Of a stretch of 64,000 bases of DNA, positions 25,005 to 35,794 are shown piece after piece. The stretch comes from an uncultured Thiomicrospira sp. (GTDB lineage Bacteria > Pseudomonadota > Gammaproteobacteria > CAKMZV01): NCBI GenBank assembly GCA_965195345.1, contig OZ239628.1, forward strand, positions 224,001 to 288,000, in the 5' to 3' direction. Below the pieces are notes generated by a model. It was not told the DNA's origin and ran no database searches. It saw only the letters and a list, made by a program, of their open reading frames with translations. The position numbers and the translations under genes are program-made. The first letter of the stretch is position 1; each line of letters begins with the position of its first letter.

Positions 25005-26555
25005 ATGAAAATAACACAAGTAAGAATCTCAAATTTTCGAGGCTATAAAGAGAGAGGCTGTAAAGAGAAAAATACCATCGACTTCAACGATCTTACAGTT
25101 TTGATTGGGAAAAATGATGCAGGGAAATCAACCGTACTTGAAGCTCTTGATGTGTTTTTCAATGAAAACAAAGGAGTCATAAAATTGGAGAAGGCGGACA
25201 TCAATACAAAAGGGTCTTCGGATGGAAATAGGGTGATTTGTATTACTGTGGTTTTTGAGGATATCCCAGCTAATTTGGTGATTGATAGTACAAACGAAAC
25301 AAATCTTAAAGATGAATATTTGCTTAACAGTAACGGGCAATTGGAAATAATCAAAAAATACGATGATGCAACAAGTAGAAGCAAAGTATTTGTGTTAGCT
25401 AATCACCCCACCTACTCCGATTGTGAAGGCTTACTTCTCAAAAAACAAGGTGACTTAAAAAAAATTATAGACGACAAAAAAATTGAATGCGCAAACAGGA
25501 CAAAAAATGCAGAAATGAGGAAAGCCATTTGGTCACATTACTCAGATAAATTACAACTTCGCGATATCGAAATAGAGGTATCCAAAGAAGATGCAAAGCG
25601 TATTTGGGAGAAACTCAAAGACTACATGCCATTGTATTCCCTTTTCCAATCTGATCGAAAGAATAGTGACGGAGATAGCGAAATTCAAGACCCTATGAAA
25701 CTGGCTGTACGAGAAATATTAAAGGAAGAAGGCGTTCAATCTTCACTCAATACAGTTGCGGAAGAAGTTGGCTCTAAACTCAAAGAAGTAGCAGATAAAA
25801 CGCTGGAAAAACTACAAGAGATGAACCCAGACATTGCTAAAAAATTACAGCCTGTTATTCCTCCTGTGGGAGAGTTGAAATGGACTGATGTGTTCAAAAA
25901 TGTTGCTATTTCAGGGGATGATGGTATTTTAATCAATAAACGTGGAAGTGGTGTGAAAAGGCTGATTTTGCTTAATTTTTTCAGAGCAGAAGCAGAAAGA
26001 AGAAAAACTGAAAACAATGTACCTGATATTATTTATGCAATTGAAGAACCAGAAACGTCACAACATCCTGAACATCAGAATCAACTCATTAATGCTCTTA
26101 TCGAACTATCAGAATCAGAACATACACAAATCATTCTAACCACTCACAGCCCAGCAATAGTTAAGATGTTGGATTTTAAGTATATGAGGCTGATTGAGAA
26201 CACCGATGAATTGCGAGTCACTTCTATTCAAGAGAAAACCCTTCCATTTCCATCTTTAAATGAGGTTAATTTTTTAGCTTTTGACGATTGCAGTGAAAGC
26301 TATCACAATGAGCTTTATGGATTTATTGAGGAGAAAAAAAGGCTTTCTGAATTTAAAATAGGAAGGACAACGAAACCATACAACCAAGAGCATAGAGGTG
26401 GTAAGGAGGTCACGCAAAAAAATATAGTGGTCAGCGAATACATACGCCACCAGATACACCATCCTGAAAATAAAAGAAATCCAAAATACACTGCTGATGA
26501 AATGCGAAGTTCGATTGAAGAGATGCGGCAGTTTATACAACAGGAAAAAGGATAA
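25005..26555 (+). CDS. ABC-type ATPase (OLD/AAA_15-like) with C-terminal putative HEPN nuclease domain
   Basis: Walker A GKNDAGKS, signature KRGSG, Walker [11 protein letters not shown]-loop TTHS; C-terminal [12 protein letters not shown] (RxxxxH); no TOPRIM motif seen. Confidence 0.7.
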   Translation: MKITQVRISNFRGYKERGCKEKNTIDFNDLTVLIGKNDAGKSTVLEALDVFFNENKGVIKLEKADINTKGSSDGNRVICITVVFEDIPANLVIDSTNETNLKDEYLLNSNGQLEIIKKYDDATSRSKVFVLANHPTYSDCEGLLLKKQGDLKKIIDDKKIECANRTKNAEMRKAIWSHYSDKLQLRDIEIEVSKEDAKRIWEKLKDYMPLYSLFQSDRKNSDGDSEIQDPMKLAVREILKEEGVQSSLNTVAEEVGSKLKEVADKTLEKLQEMNPDIAKKLQPVIPPVGELKWTDVFKNVAISGDDGILINKRGSGVKRLILLNFFRAEAERRKTENNVPDIIYAIEEPETSQHPEHQNQLINALIELSESEHTQIILTTHSPAIVKMLDFKYMRLIENTDELRVTSIQEKTLPFPSLNEVNFLAFDDCSESYHNELYGFIEEKKRLSEFKIGRTTKPYNQEHRGGKEVTQKNIVVSEYIRHQIHHPENKRNPKYTADEMRSSIEEMRQFIQQEKG

Positions 26556-26560
26556 CAGGC

Positions 26561-29500
26561 ATGTATACCAAACCCATCGTAGAAAGTCAAAATTTTATCA
26601 TCTTAAATCAATACACCAAGATTGAGCAAAAAAATGTTGGGTATCAAACCGAAGCCGACTTAGAAGCGGAATTGGTGCGGGATTTGGTCAGTCAAGGGTA
26701 TGAGTATTTGCCCACGCTAACTAACCAACAAACCATGTTAGTCAATGTCCGCACTCAGCTCGAGGCGTTAAATAAAGTGGCGTTTTCAGATAGTGAATGG
26801 CAGCGGTTTGTTTTAGAGTATCTGGATAAACCGAATGATAACAGCACGGATAAGAGCCGTAAAATCCATCATGATTATATTTATGACTTTGTCTTTGATG
26901 ATGGGCATATTCAAAATATTTACTTGGTAGATAAGCAAAATATCGCCCGTAATAAAGTCCAAGTTATTAAACAATTTGCACAAACTGGCAACCACGCCAA
27001 TCGCTACGATGTAACGATTTTGGTCAATGGTTTGCCCATGATACAAGTGGAACTTAAAAGGCGCGGGGTAGCCATCCGTGAGGCATTTAATCAAGTAAAT
27101 CGGTACCGCAAAGAGAGCTTTAATGCGGATAACTCATTGTTTAAATATTTGCAGATCTTTGTTATTTCAAACGGAACAGACAGCCGTTATTTCGCGAACA
27201 CCACCGAACGCGATAAGAACAGCTTTGATTTCACTATGAACTGGGCAAAATCGGATAATGGCTTGATTAAAGATTTAAAAGACTTTAGCGCCACATTTTT
27301 TCAAAAAAACACAGTGCTTAATGTCTTATTGCGCTATGCGGTGTTTGATGTATCCGATACCTTGCTGATTATGCGCCCGTATCAAATTGCCGCGACTGAG
27401 CGCATTTTATGGAAAATAAAAAGCGCCCATCAGACAAAGAGCGATAACCGCCTTGAGAGTGGTGGTTTTATTTGGCATACCACAGGCTCAGGCAAAACAC
27501 TAACCAGCTTTAAAGCAGCACGCATGGCGACTGAGCTGGATTTTATTGATAAGGTGTTCTTTGTGGTTGATCGCAAAGACCTTGATTATCAAACGATGAA
27601 AGAGTATCAGCGTTTTTCACCCGAGAGCGTTAATGGCTCTAATTCGACTGCTGGGTTAAAAAACAACCTCGATAAACAAGACAATAAAATCATCGTTACC
27701 ACCATTCAAAAGCTCAATAATTTAATAAAAAGTGAAAACAATCTCTCGATTTATACCCAGCAAGTCGTTTTTATTTTTGACGAATGCCATCGTAGCCAGT
27801 TTGGTGAAGCACAAAAGAACATTAAGAAAAAATTTAAAAAATTCTATCAATTTGGTTTTACGGGTACGCCGATTTTCCCAGAGAATGCCTTAGGTTCAGA
27901 GACGACCGCAAGCGTGTTTGGGCGTGAGCTGCATTCTTATGTAATAACGGATGCGATTAGGGATGATAAAGTCTTAAAATTCAAAGTGGATTACTGCAAT
28001 GTACGCCCAAAATCTAAAGCGATTGAAAACGAACAAGATGAGAGTAAGCTCAGTGCTGCAGAGAATAAAGCCGCCCTTTTACATCCTGATCGCATTGCAA
28101 AAGTTTCACAACATATCTTAACCCATTTTAAACAAAAAACCCACCGCCTCAATACAGGCAGCAAAGGCTTTAATGCCATGTTTGCTGTCAGCAGTGTTGA
28201 TGCTGCTAAGTCGTATTATCAAACACTAAAAAACCTACAAAAAGACAGCAATAAACCGCTTAAAGTGGCGACTATTTTTTCTTTTGCAGCGAATGAAAGC
28301 CAAGATGCAAAAGGCGATATTACGGATGAGACTTTAGAGCCTCAAGCCATGGATAGCAGCGCTAAAGAGTTTTTAAATGCAGCGATTGATGACTATAACG
28401 CCCTGTTTAAAACCAATTATGGGCTTGATGGTCAATCTTTTCAAAATTATTACCGCGACCTTGCCAAACGTGTAAAAAATCAAGATGTTGATTTGTTGAT
28501 TGTAGTGGGCATGTTCTTAACAGGGTTTGATGCGCCGACACTTAATACCTTATTTGTGGATAAAAACCTACGCTATCACGGTTTGATACAGGCTTATTCA
28601 CGCACCAATCGCATTTATGACAACACCAAGGCAGTCGGCAATATCATTAACTTTCGCAACTTAGACCAAGCCACAAAAGATGCTATTACCTTGTTTGGCG
28701 ATGAAAATACCGCAAATATCGTCTTGGAAAAAAGCTATAAAGAATACATGGAGGGTTTTACGGATGCCTCAACTGGAGAGGCACGGCGTGGTTATTTAGC
28801 GGTGGTTGCAGAATTAGAGCAACGCTTTCCCGATCCTAACGAGATTGCAGGTGAGGAGGATAAAAAAGAATTTGCCAAGTTATTTGGTGAATATTTACGC
28901 ACGGAGAATCTTTTACAAAATCATGATCAGTTTGCCCGATTGCAAGACCTGCAAAAAATAGATACTCATAATATAGAAGCGGTTGCAGCGTTTAAACAAG
29001 AACACAGCCTAAGCGATGATGATTTAACGGAGATGCAGGCAATTAAAGTGCCCAACGAACGCACCACACAAGATTATCGTTCAACCTATAACGATATTCG
29101 TGAATGGTTTCGCCGTGAAAAATCCGCCAATGAACAAGACGGCTCAAGTATCGATTGGAAGGAGGTGGTTTTTGAGGTGGAATTACTCAAATCACAAGAG
29201 ATTGGCTTGGATTATATTTTTGCGTTAATTGCTGAAAAAAATCATGCATCAAATGATAAAACAGCCCTGATAAAAGAAGTGCGCCGTTCGATTCGTGCGA
29301 GTGTTGGCAACCGTGCTAAAGAAGGGTTGCTTGTTGACTTTATCAACCAAACCGATTTAGGTAAAATGCCTGATAAAGCCGATCTAATTGACAATTTTTA
29401 TTGCTTTGCTCGGGCGGAACAACAACGCGAGATGAGAGAGTTAATTGATGCTGATGAACTAAATTTGGACGCTGCTAAGCGTTATATTACCACTTCATTA

Positions 29501-29656
29501 GAGCAACAACATGTCAGTGAAGATGGCACAGAACTCAACGAATTATTGCCCAAAATGAGCCCGCTTAATCCGCAATACCTAACCAAAAAACAAGCAGTTT
29601 TTCAAAAGATTGTCGCTTTTGTTGACAAGTTTAAAGGGGTGGGTGGGCAGATTTGA
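26561..29656 (+). CDS. hsdR: Type I (IC, EcoR124-like) restriction subunit
   Basis: RYDV...QVELK nuclease, [33 protein letters not shown]. Confidence 0.97.
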   Translation: MYTKPIVESQNFIILNQYTKIEQKNVGYQTEADLEAELVRDLVSQGYEYLPTLTNQQTMLVNVRTQLEALNKVAFSDSEWQRFVLEYLDKPNDNSTDKSRKIHHDYIYDFVFDDGHIQNIYLVDKQNIARNKVQVIKQFAQTGNHANRYDVTILVNGLPMIQVELKRRGVAIREAFNQVNRYRKESFNADNSLFKYLQIFVISNGTDSRYFANTTERDKNSFDFTMNWAKSDNGLIKDLKDFSATFFQKNTVLNVLLRYAVFDVSDTLLIMRPYQIAATERILWKIKSAHQTKSDNRLESGGFIWHTTGSGKTLTSFKAARMATELDFIDKVFFVVDRKDLDYQTMKEYQRFSPESVNGSNSTAGLKNNLDKQDNKIIVTTIQKLNNLIKSENNLSIYTQQVVFIFDECHRSQFGEAQKNIKKKFKKFYQFGFTGTPIFPENALGSETTASVFGRELHSYVITDAIRDDKVLKFKVDYCNVRPKSKAIENEQDESKLSAAENKAALLHPDRIAKVSQHILTHFKQKTHRLNTGSKGFNAMFAVSSVDAAKSYYQTLKNLQKDSNKPLKVATIFSFAANESQDAKGDITDETLEPQAMDSSAKEFLNAAIDDYNALFKTNYGLDGQSFQNYYRDLAKRVKNQDVDLLIVVGMFLTGFDAPTLNTLFVDKNLRYHGLIQAYSRTNRIYDNTKAVGNIINFRNLDQATKDAITLFGDENTANIVLEKSYKEYMEGFTDASTGEARRGYLAVVAELEQRFPDPNEIAGEEDKKEFAKLFGEYLRTENLLQNHDQFARLQDLQKIDTHNIEAVAAFKQEHSLSDDDLTEMQAIKVPNERTTQDYRSTYNDIREWFRREKSANEQDGSSIDWKEVVFEVELLKSQEIGLDYIFALIAEKNHASNDKTALIKEVRRSIRASVGNRAKEGLLVDFINQTDLGKMPDKADLIDNFYCFARAEQQREMRELIDADELNLDAAKRYITTSLEQQHVSEDGTELNELLPKMSPLNPQYLTKKQAVFQKIVAFVDKFKGVGGQI

Positions 29657-29743
29657 GCGAAGCATCAATGAACCCTTTTTGACTTCGCAGAGATTGCATG
29701 GATGCCATCCGAAGAGAGACCTAAAACAATACGTTCTTTATAG

Positions 29744-30061
29744 TTAAACGCGCCCTTTTACAAATGCCGTAATGGTCGCAGGCCATACTTCTATTTTTCC
29801 TTCCCAAGGAACAGCAGCGAGAAGCCGTTTTTTTGGAAGATCAACAATCTGTGTAATCACTCCCATTTCTTCATCTTCCCAAGTTATCATATAAATTTCG
29901 TCGCGAAGTTCTTCGATTGTGATCGTTTCGCGCAAAGTACCTCGGGACGCCATTTCGGAAATTCGAATCCCGCCATCGAAGAAATTAGTAAAACTCCAGC
30001 CGTTGTTCTCGTAAGTATAAGAAAGAGACATTTGATTAAAGCGTGATAAAGCGTCCGTCAT
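29744..30061 (-). CDS. Small MoaF / phenolic-acid-decarboxylase-like beta-barrel protein
   Basis: YTYENNGW...IYMITWED pattern resembles YTYDNGW...YxVSWTE of that fold; ggatgg upstream of the ATG. Confidence 0.45.
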   Translation of the reverse strand: MTDALSRFNQMSLSYTYENNGWSFTNFFDGGIRISEMASRGTLRETITIEELRDEIYMITWEDEEMGVITQIVDLPKKRLLAAVPWEGKIEVWPATITAFVKGRV

Positions 30062-30170
30062 ATTCCATCCTTTTGTTCTGAAAAATTTCAGTGTTAGAAA
30101 CCAGCGAAAAGGAAAAGCCTTTGTTTTTACTGAATTTATAGGTTTTGTTGTATGCTGTTAGAAAAGTGTA

Positions 30171-30246
30171 TGGTGCCGACACACGGACTCGAACCGCGAA
30201 CCTACTGTTTACAAAACAGTTGCACTGCCAATTGTGCTATGTCGGC
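30171..30246 (-). tRNA. tRNA-Thr(TGT)
   Basis: Reverse strand GCCGACATAGC...actgt-TT-TGT-AA-acagt...GTTCGAGTC...GTCGGCACCA. Confidence 0.96.
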
Positions 30247-30328
30247 GTAGGTCTATATTATAACGTCTATAGGGTTCTGTTTTGGGAAACTCAAATCAAA
30301 TTTAGTATAAAATACTCGCACTTCAAGT

Positions 30329-30405
30329 CGGAGTGTAGCGCAGCTTGGTAGCGCAATTGCTTTGGGAGCAATGGGTCGGGGGTTCGAATCCCTCCACTCC
30401 GACCA
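30329..30405 (+). tRNA. tRNA-Pro(TGG)
   Basis: CGGAGTG...attgc-TT-TGG-GA-gcaat...GTTCGAATC...CACTCCGACCA. Confidence 0.96.
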
Positions 30406-30639
30406 TTGAGGAGCATCATTTTCTGTTCGTTGAGCAACGGAATGCGACGGTACAGTCCTATATTCTTTCTAAAATATTTCTAAAAATTGCATCAAGTCCG
30501 ACACTTTGGCTTATCATTTTGATGAAGTCAAGCAAGCATCTCAAAGCAATATATTTAAGCGACTAAATTTTTATAATTTGATTATGAAGAATTGAAGGTA
30601 CGCAAAGCACCAATAACAATGTTTGTTTGATCGGTTTAA

Positions 30640-31149
30640 TTATTCAGCGAAACAGCGATGATGGCATATCGGGCAGGCTTCTTCATTATGATCGCATTGG
30701 ACTTCAAACTTATTGAGAGAATCGATAAATGACAGGGCGTGTTGGTCGTTGGATTGGATAAATTTAGCCAGCTTCAGCAGCTTTACTCCAGTATCTTCTG
30801 ATAAAAGATGCTCAACTTTGCAGCTGTCTTCTTGAGCGTTCAGTTTGTCAATGCCGAGAACGTCTGTAAGGAAAAACTGAAAGGATCGACGGATAGAAAT
30901 GACATTTTCAACCGCAGTTAACCCACCAGCCGTTAAATGAATCAAATGATCGTCGTCCACGTTAACGAGCTGTTGACGAATCATAGCTTGCAATTTTAGT
31001 GAAACGGCATTGCGGCTAATATCCAAGGTGCGCGCGATACTCGCCGCACGACATTTACCATCATTCTGTATGAGTTCATCAATAGCCATCAGGTAATGGG
31101 CGTCAGAATGTGACAGCTCATTATTCTCGAATGCTTTCCAAACGGACAT
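30640..31149 (-). CDS. DtxR/MntR family metal-dependent transcriptional regulator
   Basis: [46 protein letters not shown]; start inferred at MSVWK. Confidence 0.85.
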   Translation of the reverse strand: MSVWKAFENNELSHSDAHYLMAIDELIQNDGKCRAASIARTLDISRNAVSLKLQAMIRQQLVNVDDDHLIHLTAGGLTAVENVISIRRSFQFFLTDVLGIDKLNAQEDSCKVEHLLSEDTGVKLLKLAKFIQSNDQHALSFIDSLNKFEVQCDHNEEACPICHHRCFAE

Positions 31150-31237
31150 ATCTTTTACACCAGAGGACATAAAGTTTATAAATTTGTTACGTAAGACCCT
31201 ACAATACCATGCTGGAATAAATTTTACAAGGATTTTT

Positions 31238-31468
31238 ATGGGAATAAGTATTTGGCAACTTTTAATCGTTCTTGCAATTATTTTATTGCTCTTTGGCACA
31301 AAGAGGCTTAGAAACCTCGGAGGAGACTTGGGAAGTGCTATTAAAGGCTTTAAAAAAGCAGTGGATGATGATAAGAATGACGAGCAATCGTCAAAGAGAG
31401 TTCAAGAAAAGGAAGAAAGCATCGTAGATGCTGAAGTTAAGGAAGAGTCCTCGCATAAAGAACGATAG
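31238..31468 (+). CDS. tatA: Twin-arginine translocase subunit TatA
   Basis: [11 protein letters not shown]...[23 protein letters not shown]. Confidence 0.96.
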   Translation: MGISIWQLLIVLAIILLLFGTKRLRNLGGDLGSAIKGFKKAVDDDKNDEQSSKRVQEKEESIVDAEVKEESSHKER

Positions 31469-31487
31469 TTTTTAAAGGTTTTCTAAA

Positions 31488-31835
31488 ATGTTTGATATAG
31501 GCGCTCTTGAGTTGTTTCTTATAGTCATTATCACTTTGGTCGTTGTAGGACCAAGGAGATTGCCTGAAGTCGCCCAAATGATTGGCTCAACCATTGCTAA
31601 GGTGCGTCGATTTGTTGCGAACGTCAAACAAGAAACGAATTTAGAAAAGCATATTGTCGATTTTAAAAACCAAGCAGGCATGATAGAGGATGGCACTGTT
31701 TCTCAAAAGCTAAAAGAAGAATTGCGCAGTGTGCATCAAGAGATAGATTCACTTAAAGAAACGGCAAAGGAATCATCTTCCATCATAACCGATCCATTGC
31801 TATCGAACGATAAAGAAGCAATTTCTAAAAAGTGA
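31488..31835 (+). CDS. tatB: Twin-arginine translocase subunit TatB
   Basis: MFDIGALEL...VGPRRLP; lies between tatA and tatC. Confidence 0.94.
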   Translation: MFDIGALELFLIVIITLVVVGPRRLPEVAQMIGSTIAKVRRFVANVKQETNLEKHIVDFKNQAGMIEDGTVSQKLKEELRSVHQEIDSLKETAKESSSIITDPLLSNDKEAISKK

Positions 31836-32734
31836 CCGACTCAACATTCAGCGATTTAATTAGTCATCTGCTTGAGCTAAGAAGTAGATTAGTAAAAGCG
31901 GTTGTTGGCATATTAGTGGCGACAGTTGCATTGCTTCCTTTTGCCAATAATCTATATGCATGGCTGGCGTTGCCATTAGTGCATTCGTTGGCAGCCCAAA
32001 ATGGACAAATGATTGCCACAGGCGTAGCATCCCCTTTCTTGACGCCTTTCAAATTAGCACTCATCAGCGGTATTTTTTTCACAATGCCGATAACGCTTTA
32101 TCAATTATGGGCTTTCATTGCCCCTGGTTTATATCGAAATGAAAAACGCACGATGCTCCCACTATTAGCGGGGAGTATTTTTTTATTTTACGCTGGCGGA
32201 GCATTTGCTTATTTTGTGGTGTTCCCTTTGGTATTTTCTTTTCTTGTTGGTGTTGCGCCAGAAGGCGTGCAGGTGGCAACGGACATCACCAACTATCTGG
32301 ATTTTTCAATCAAAATGTTTTTCGCTTTTGGCATAGCCTTTCAAGTACCCATTGCGACAATATTATTGATAATCACAGATTTTGTCTCACCTAAGGCACT
32401 ATCAGCAAAACGCCCGTACGTAATCGTTGGCTCTTTTGTATTAGGAATGCTGTTAACGCCTCCTGACATAATTTCTCAAACATTGTTGGCTTTACCAATG
32501 TGGATATTGTTTGAAATAGGTGTCGTGCTTGGAAAATTCTTGTCGAAAAAACCAGAATCTGTACCGGGGAGCAATCAGAAGCAGGATTTCTCAGAAGATG
32601 AGGACCCGTTTAATGAAAATACCCAAGATGCTTCATCGCCAAAAGATGACATTGATGAAGATGATTTTTTTGACGAGCTTGATGATGAACCCGATGACGC
32701 GCCTGATGATGAGGCAAATAAGCCTAAAGAATAA
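31832..32734 (+). CDS. tatC: Twin-arginine translocase subunit TatC
   Basis: HLLELRSRL, SPFLTPFK, FIAPGLY, LTPPD; acidic C-terminal tail. Confidence 0.97.
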   Translation: MTDSTFSDLISHLLELRSRLVKAVVGILVATVALLPFANNLYAWLALPLVHSLAAQNGQMIATGVASPFLTPFKLALISGIFFTMPITLYQLWAFIAPGLYRNEKRTMLPLLAGSIFLFYAGGAFAYFVVFPLVFSFLVGVAPEGVQVATDITNYLDFSIKMFFAFGIAFQVPIATILLIITDFVSPKALSAKRPYVIVGSFVLGMLLTPPDIISQTLLALPMWILFEIGVVLGKFLSKKPESVPGSNQKQDFSEDEDPFNENTQDASSPKDDIDEDDFFDELDDEPDDAPDDEANKPKE

Positions 32735-32741
32735 TTAGTTA

Positions 32742-34889
32742 TTAGATAGACTTTTTCTTTTCTAAACGTCGGCTGTGCAAGGTTGGTTCAGTATAGCCAT
32801 TTGGAATGTCCATACCAAGATAGATTAAATCCTGCGCGGCCTTGAAAGCAATACCATCAAAGTTTGGACCCATCGGCTCATAGAGCGAATCGGTTGCATT
32901 CTGATTATCGACAATGAGCGCCATTCTGCGAAGTGTCTCTTCTACCTGTTCTTTGGAGATAATGCCATGATGAAGCCAGTTTGCAATATGTTGAGAGGAG
33001 ATGCGCAAAGTAGCGCGATCTTCCATTAGTCCAACATTACTAATATCGAGTACCTTTGAACAGCCAACACCTTGGTTTACCCACCGAACGACATACCCAA
33101 GCAACCCTTGACAATTGTTGTCAAGTTCTTCTGTAATCTCTTCAACGCTCCATTGAGGATTTTCGGCAACTGGAATACAAAGAATGTCATCGAGTTTTGC
33201 GCTTTCGCGCTGAGCAATTTCTGCCTGCTGGGCGAACACATCAATCTTATGATAGTGCATAGCATGCAGCGTTGCTGCAACAGGAGAAGGAACCCATGCT
33301 GTATTGGCTCCAGATAATGGGTGTGCGATTTTTTGCTCCATCATTGCTGCCATGTTGTCTGGCTGCGCCCACATTCCTTTTCCAATTTGGGCAACACCAG
33401 ATAAACCACATTCAAGCCCAATATCAACATTGTTGTTTTCATAAGCATGAATCCAGCGGACATTTTTTAATTGACCTTTGCGCTCAAATGCGCCAGCGTG
33501 CATTGATGTGTGTATTTCGTCGCCAGTGCGGTCGAGAAAGCCCGTATTTATGAAAATTAATCGCGAACGTGCAACCTCTATACATGCACCTAAATTGATG
33601 CTTGTTCGGCGTTCTTCATCCATTATGCCGATTTTCAAAGTATTTTCAGCAAGGTCAAGTGCTTGTTCTACACGGGAAAATAAATCAACAGTAAACTGAA
33701 CTTCTTCAGGGCCGTGCATTTTAGGTTTTACGATGTAAACGCTTCCTTTGCGGGAGTTCTTATGGTGTATTTTAATATCGTGAATGGCAGCGAGTGATGT
33801 AATCATGGCATCAAGGATGCCTTCGGGGACTTCCTCTCCTGAAGCGGTTGTTACAGCAGGGCAAGTCATTAGATGACCAACATTGCGCACTAACAATAGT
33901 GATCGACCCGGTAAGGTTTTTTCTGAGCCGTTAGGGGCTTTATAATGTCTGTCTGGGCGTAGTTTTCGTGATAAAGGCTTTCCGTTTTTTGTCATGTCAA
34001 TTGACAAATCGCCTTTCATTAGTCCAAGCCAATTACGATAAACACGAATTTTATCTTCTGCATCAACAGCGGCAACAGAGTCTTCACAATCTTGGATGGT
34101 GGTTAATGCCGACTCCATAACAACATCTTTCAACCCACAAGGGCTGTTTTTTCCAATAATATTGTTGCGATCAAACTGCAATTCAATGTGCAGACCATTG
34201 TGCACCAATAAGACGACTTCAGGATTCGTTTCAGAGCCTGAAAATCCAGCAAAATGCGCTTGATTTGTTAGCGCAGTTTGCGACCCATCAGTCATGGTAA
34301 CATTTAAAGAAGACCCACTGATTTCAAATTGCTTCGCATCGGCATACTTCCCGTTTGCAAGGGGAACGTGTTCATCTAAAAAGCGATTGACGTAGTCCAC
34401 GACTTTTGCACCATGTTCTTCGTTGTAACTATTCCCTGTTGGTCTATTTCCAAGAACATCCGTACCATAAACGGCATCATAAAGCGAACCCCATCGAGCG
34501 TTTGCCGCGTTGATTGAATAACGGGCGTTGTCCACAGGCACAACAAGTTGAGGGCCTGCCATTGAAGCGATTTCTGGATCAATGTTTTTGGTATCGATTT
34601 TGGTGCAGGTATTTGACTCGATGAGATAGCCTATTTCTTTCAAAAAGGCTTTATACGCTTCAGGCGAATGCGTCTTGCCATTTTGCTTGTGCCAAGCATC
34701 GATTTTTTCTTGCAAATCGCATCTTTTTTTAAGAAGTTCTTTGTTTTTAGGCATGAAGTCGTCAATTATTTTACTTAACTCGTTCCAAAAATGAGAAGGT
34801 TCAACGTTTGTATCTGGAATGATGCATTCGTTAACAAGATGAAATAAATCTTTGTCGATTTGAAGATTGGCAATGCTTACTGTGCTCAT
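32742..34889 (-). CDS. glcB: Malate synthase G
   Basis: GPQLVVP, NAANARWGSLYDA, DCEDSVAAVD, KPKMHGP, GFLDRTGDEIH, MEDRATLRISSQ. Confidence 0.98.
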   Translation of the reverse strand: MSTVSIANLQIDKDLFHLVNECIIPDTNVEPSHFWNELSKIIDDFMPKNKELLKKRCDLQEKIDAWHKQNGKTHSPEAYKAFLKEIGYLIESNTCTKIDTKNIDPEIASMAGPQLVVPVDNARYSINAANARWGSLYDAVYGTDVLGNRPTGNSYNEEHGAKVVDYVNRFLDEHVPLANGKYADAKQFEISGSSLNVTMTDGSQTALTNQAHFAGFSGSETNPEVVLLVHNGLHIELQFDRNNIIGKNSPCGLKDVVMESALTTIQDCEDSVAAVDAEDKIRVYRNWLGLMKGDLSIDMTKNGKPLSRKLRPDRHYKAPNGSEKTLPGRSLLLVRNVGHLMTCPAVTTASGEEVPEGILDAMITSLAAIHDIKIHHKNSRKGSVYIVKPKMHGPEEVQFTVDLFSRVEQALDLAENTLKIGIMDEERRTSINLGACIEVARSRLIFINTGFLDRTGDEIHTSMHAGAFERKGQLKNVRWIHAYENNNVDIGLECGLSGVAQIGKGMWAQPDNMAAMMEQKIAHPLSGANTAWVPSPVAATLHAMHYHKIDVFAQQAEIAQRESAKLDDILCIPVAENPQWSVEEITEELDNNCQGLLGYVVRWVNQGVGCSKVLDISNVGLMEDRATLRISSQHIANWLHHGIISKEQVEETLRRMALIVDNQNATDSLYEPMGPNFDGIAFKAAQDLIYLGMDIPNGYTEPTLHSRRLEKKKSI

Positions 34890-35010
34890 GAGGTTCTTAG
34901 AGGTGTGAAGGGATCAAAAATAAGAAGGATATATTATATCCTTATTGCGTTTAACTCGTATTTTACGAAAAAATCTTTTCAGAAATAGCAAAAATCGAGG
35001 GCTTGCGTAT

Positions 35011-35736
35011 CTAATGCAAATTAAAGCGCACTTGAACGCTTGCTTTAAAGACGATTTGTCCTGTGGCGTAATGATTTTTAGCGGAGTTGTTACCTGAACG
35101 GCGTGCGATATTGGCTTGAAAAGCAACAGGATGGTCAACATTTTGATTTTGCTGAATAACTTCAACAGGTTTGCCTAAGCGCGCGTTTAAGTTTTCGGCA
35201 ATGATTTTTGCACTGGCTTTTGCATTTTTTACTGCGAGGGCAAGCGCTTGATTGATCAAGTCGTTTTCGTGGGTTGAGCCAAATTGAGGAGGCGATAGTT
35301 GATTGATTCCAGTATCGAGTAATCCTTCAATAACACCGCCTAATTTACTCAAATCGCGCAAATTGATAACAATTGTTCTTGATACCTTATAGCCAGAAAA
35401 AATGCGCTTGTTTTCTTGAAATAGATATTCAGGCTGAATATTGATGAAACTTGTATTTACATTTTCTAAATCAACTTCAAATTGATTCAAAACGCCAACC
35501 GCTTTATCTACGACGGCATTGGCAGCAGTGCGTGCCTTTTTTATCGAAATGTCGCGTTCAATGATGGACAGGGTTAAGTATGCCATGTTAGGCGCAACTG
35601 AAACCTCTCCTTGACCAGTAACAAGTATGCCCGTTTGTTTCAATGTCCCTAATACAGATATAGACTGCTTCGATTGCGCAACGATTGGTGCAATAAGCAA
35701 TAGCATCAGAGACAGTCTTGTTAGATGAGAGAACAT
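35011..35736 (-). CDS. SIMPL/YggE (DUF541) periplasmic protein
   Basis: Signal peptide, VTGQGEVSVAPNMA, IQPEY, ALALAVKNAKASA, VQVRF. Confidence 0.85.
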   Translation of the reverse strand: MFSHLTRLSLMLLLIAPIVAQSKQSISVLGTLKQTGILVTGQGEVSVAPNMAYLTLSIIERDISIKKARTAANAVVDKAVGVLNQFEVDLENVNTSFINIQPEYLFQENKRIFSGYKVSRTIVINLRDLSKLGGVIEGLLDTGINQLSPPQFGSTHENDLINQALALAVKNAKASAKIIAENLNARLGKPVEVIQQNQNVDHPVAFQANIARRSGNNSAKNHYATGQIVFKASVQVRFNLH

Positions 35737-35794
35737 TAAACCCTTTTATTTATAGACGTATATTTTTTATTTACAAACAATGATTGTCGCATTT

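Noticed and set aside
30145-30566. Small ORFs overlapping tRNA-Thr and tRNA-Pro (likewise those over tRNA-Arg, tRNA-Leu and tRNA-fMet)
   Set aside because: They overlap well-formed tRNAs and show no protein features
32545-32734. Highly acidic TatC tail
   Set aside because: Low-complexity acidic extensions are common on TatC and no DNA repeat unit is evident
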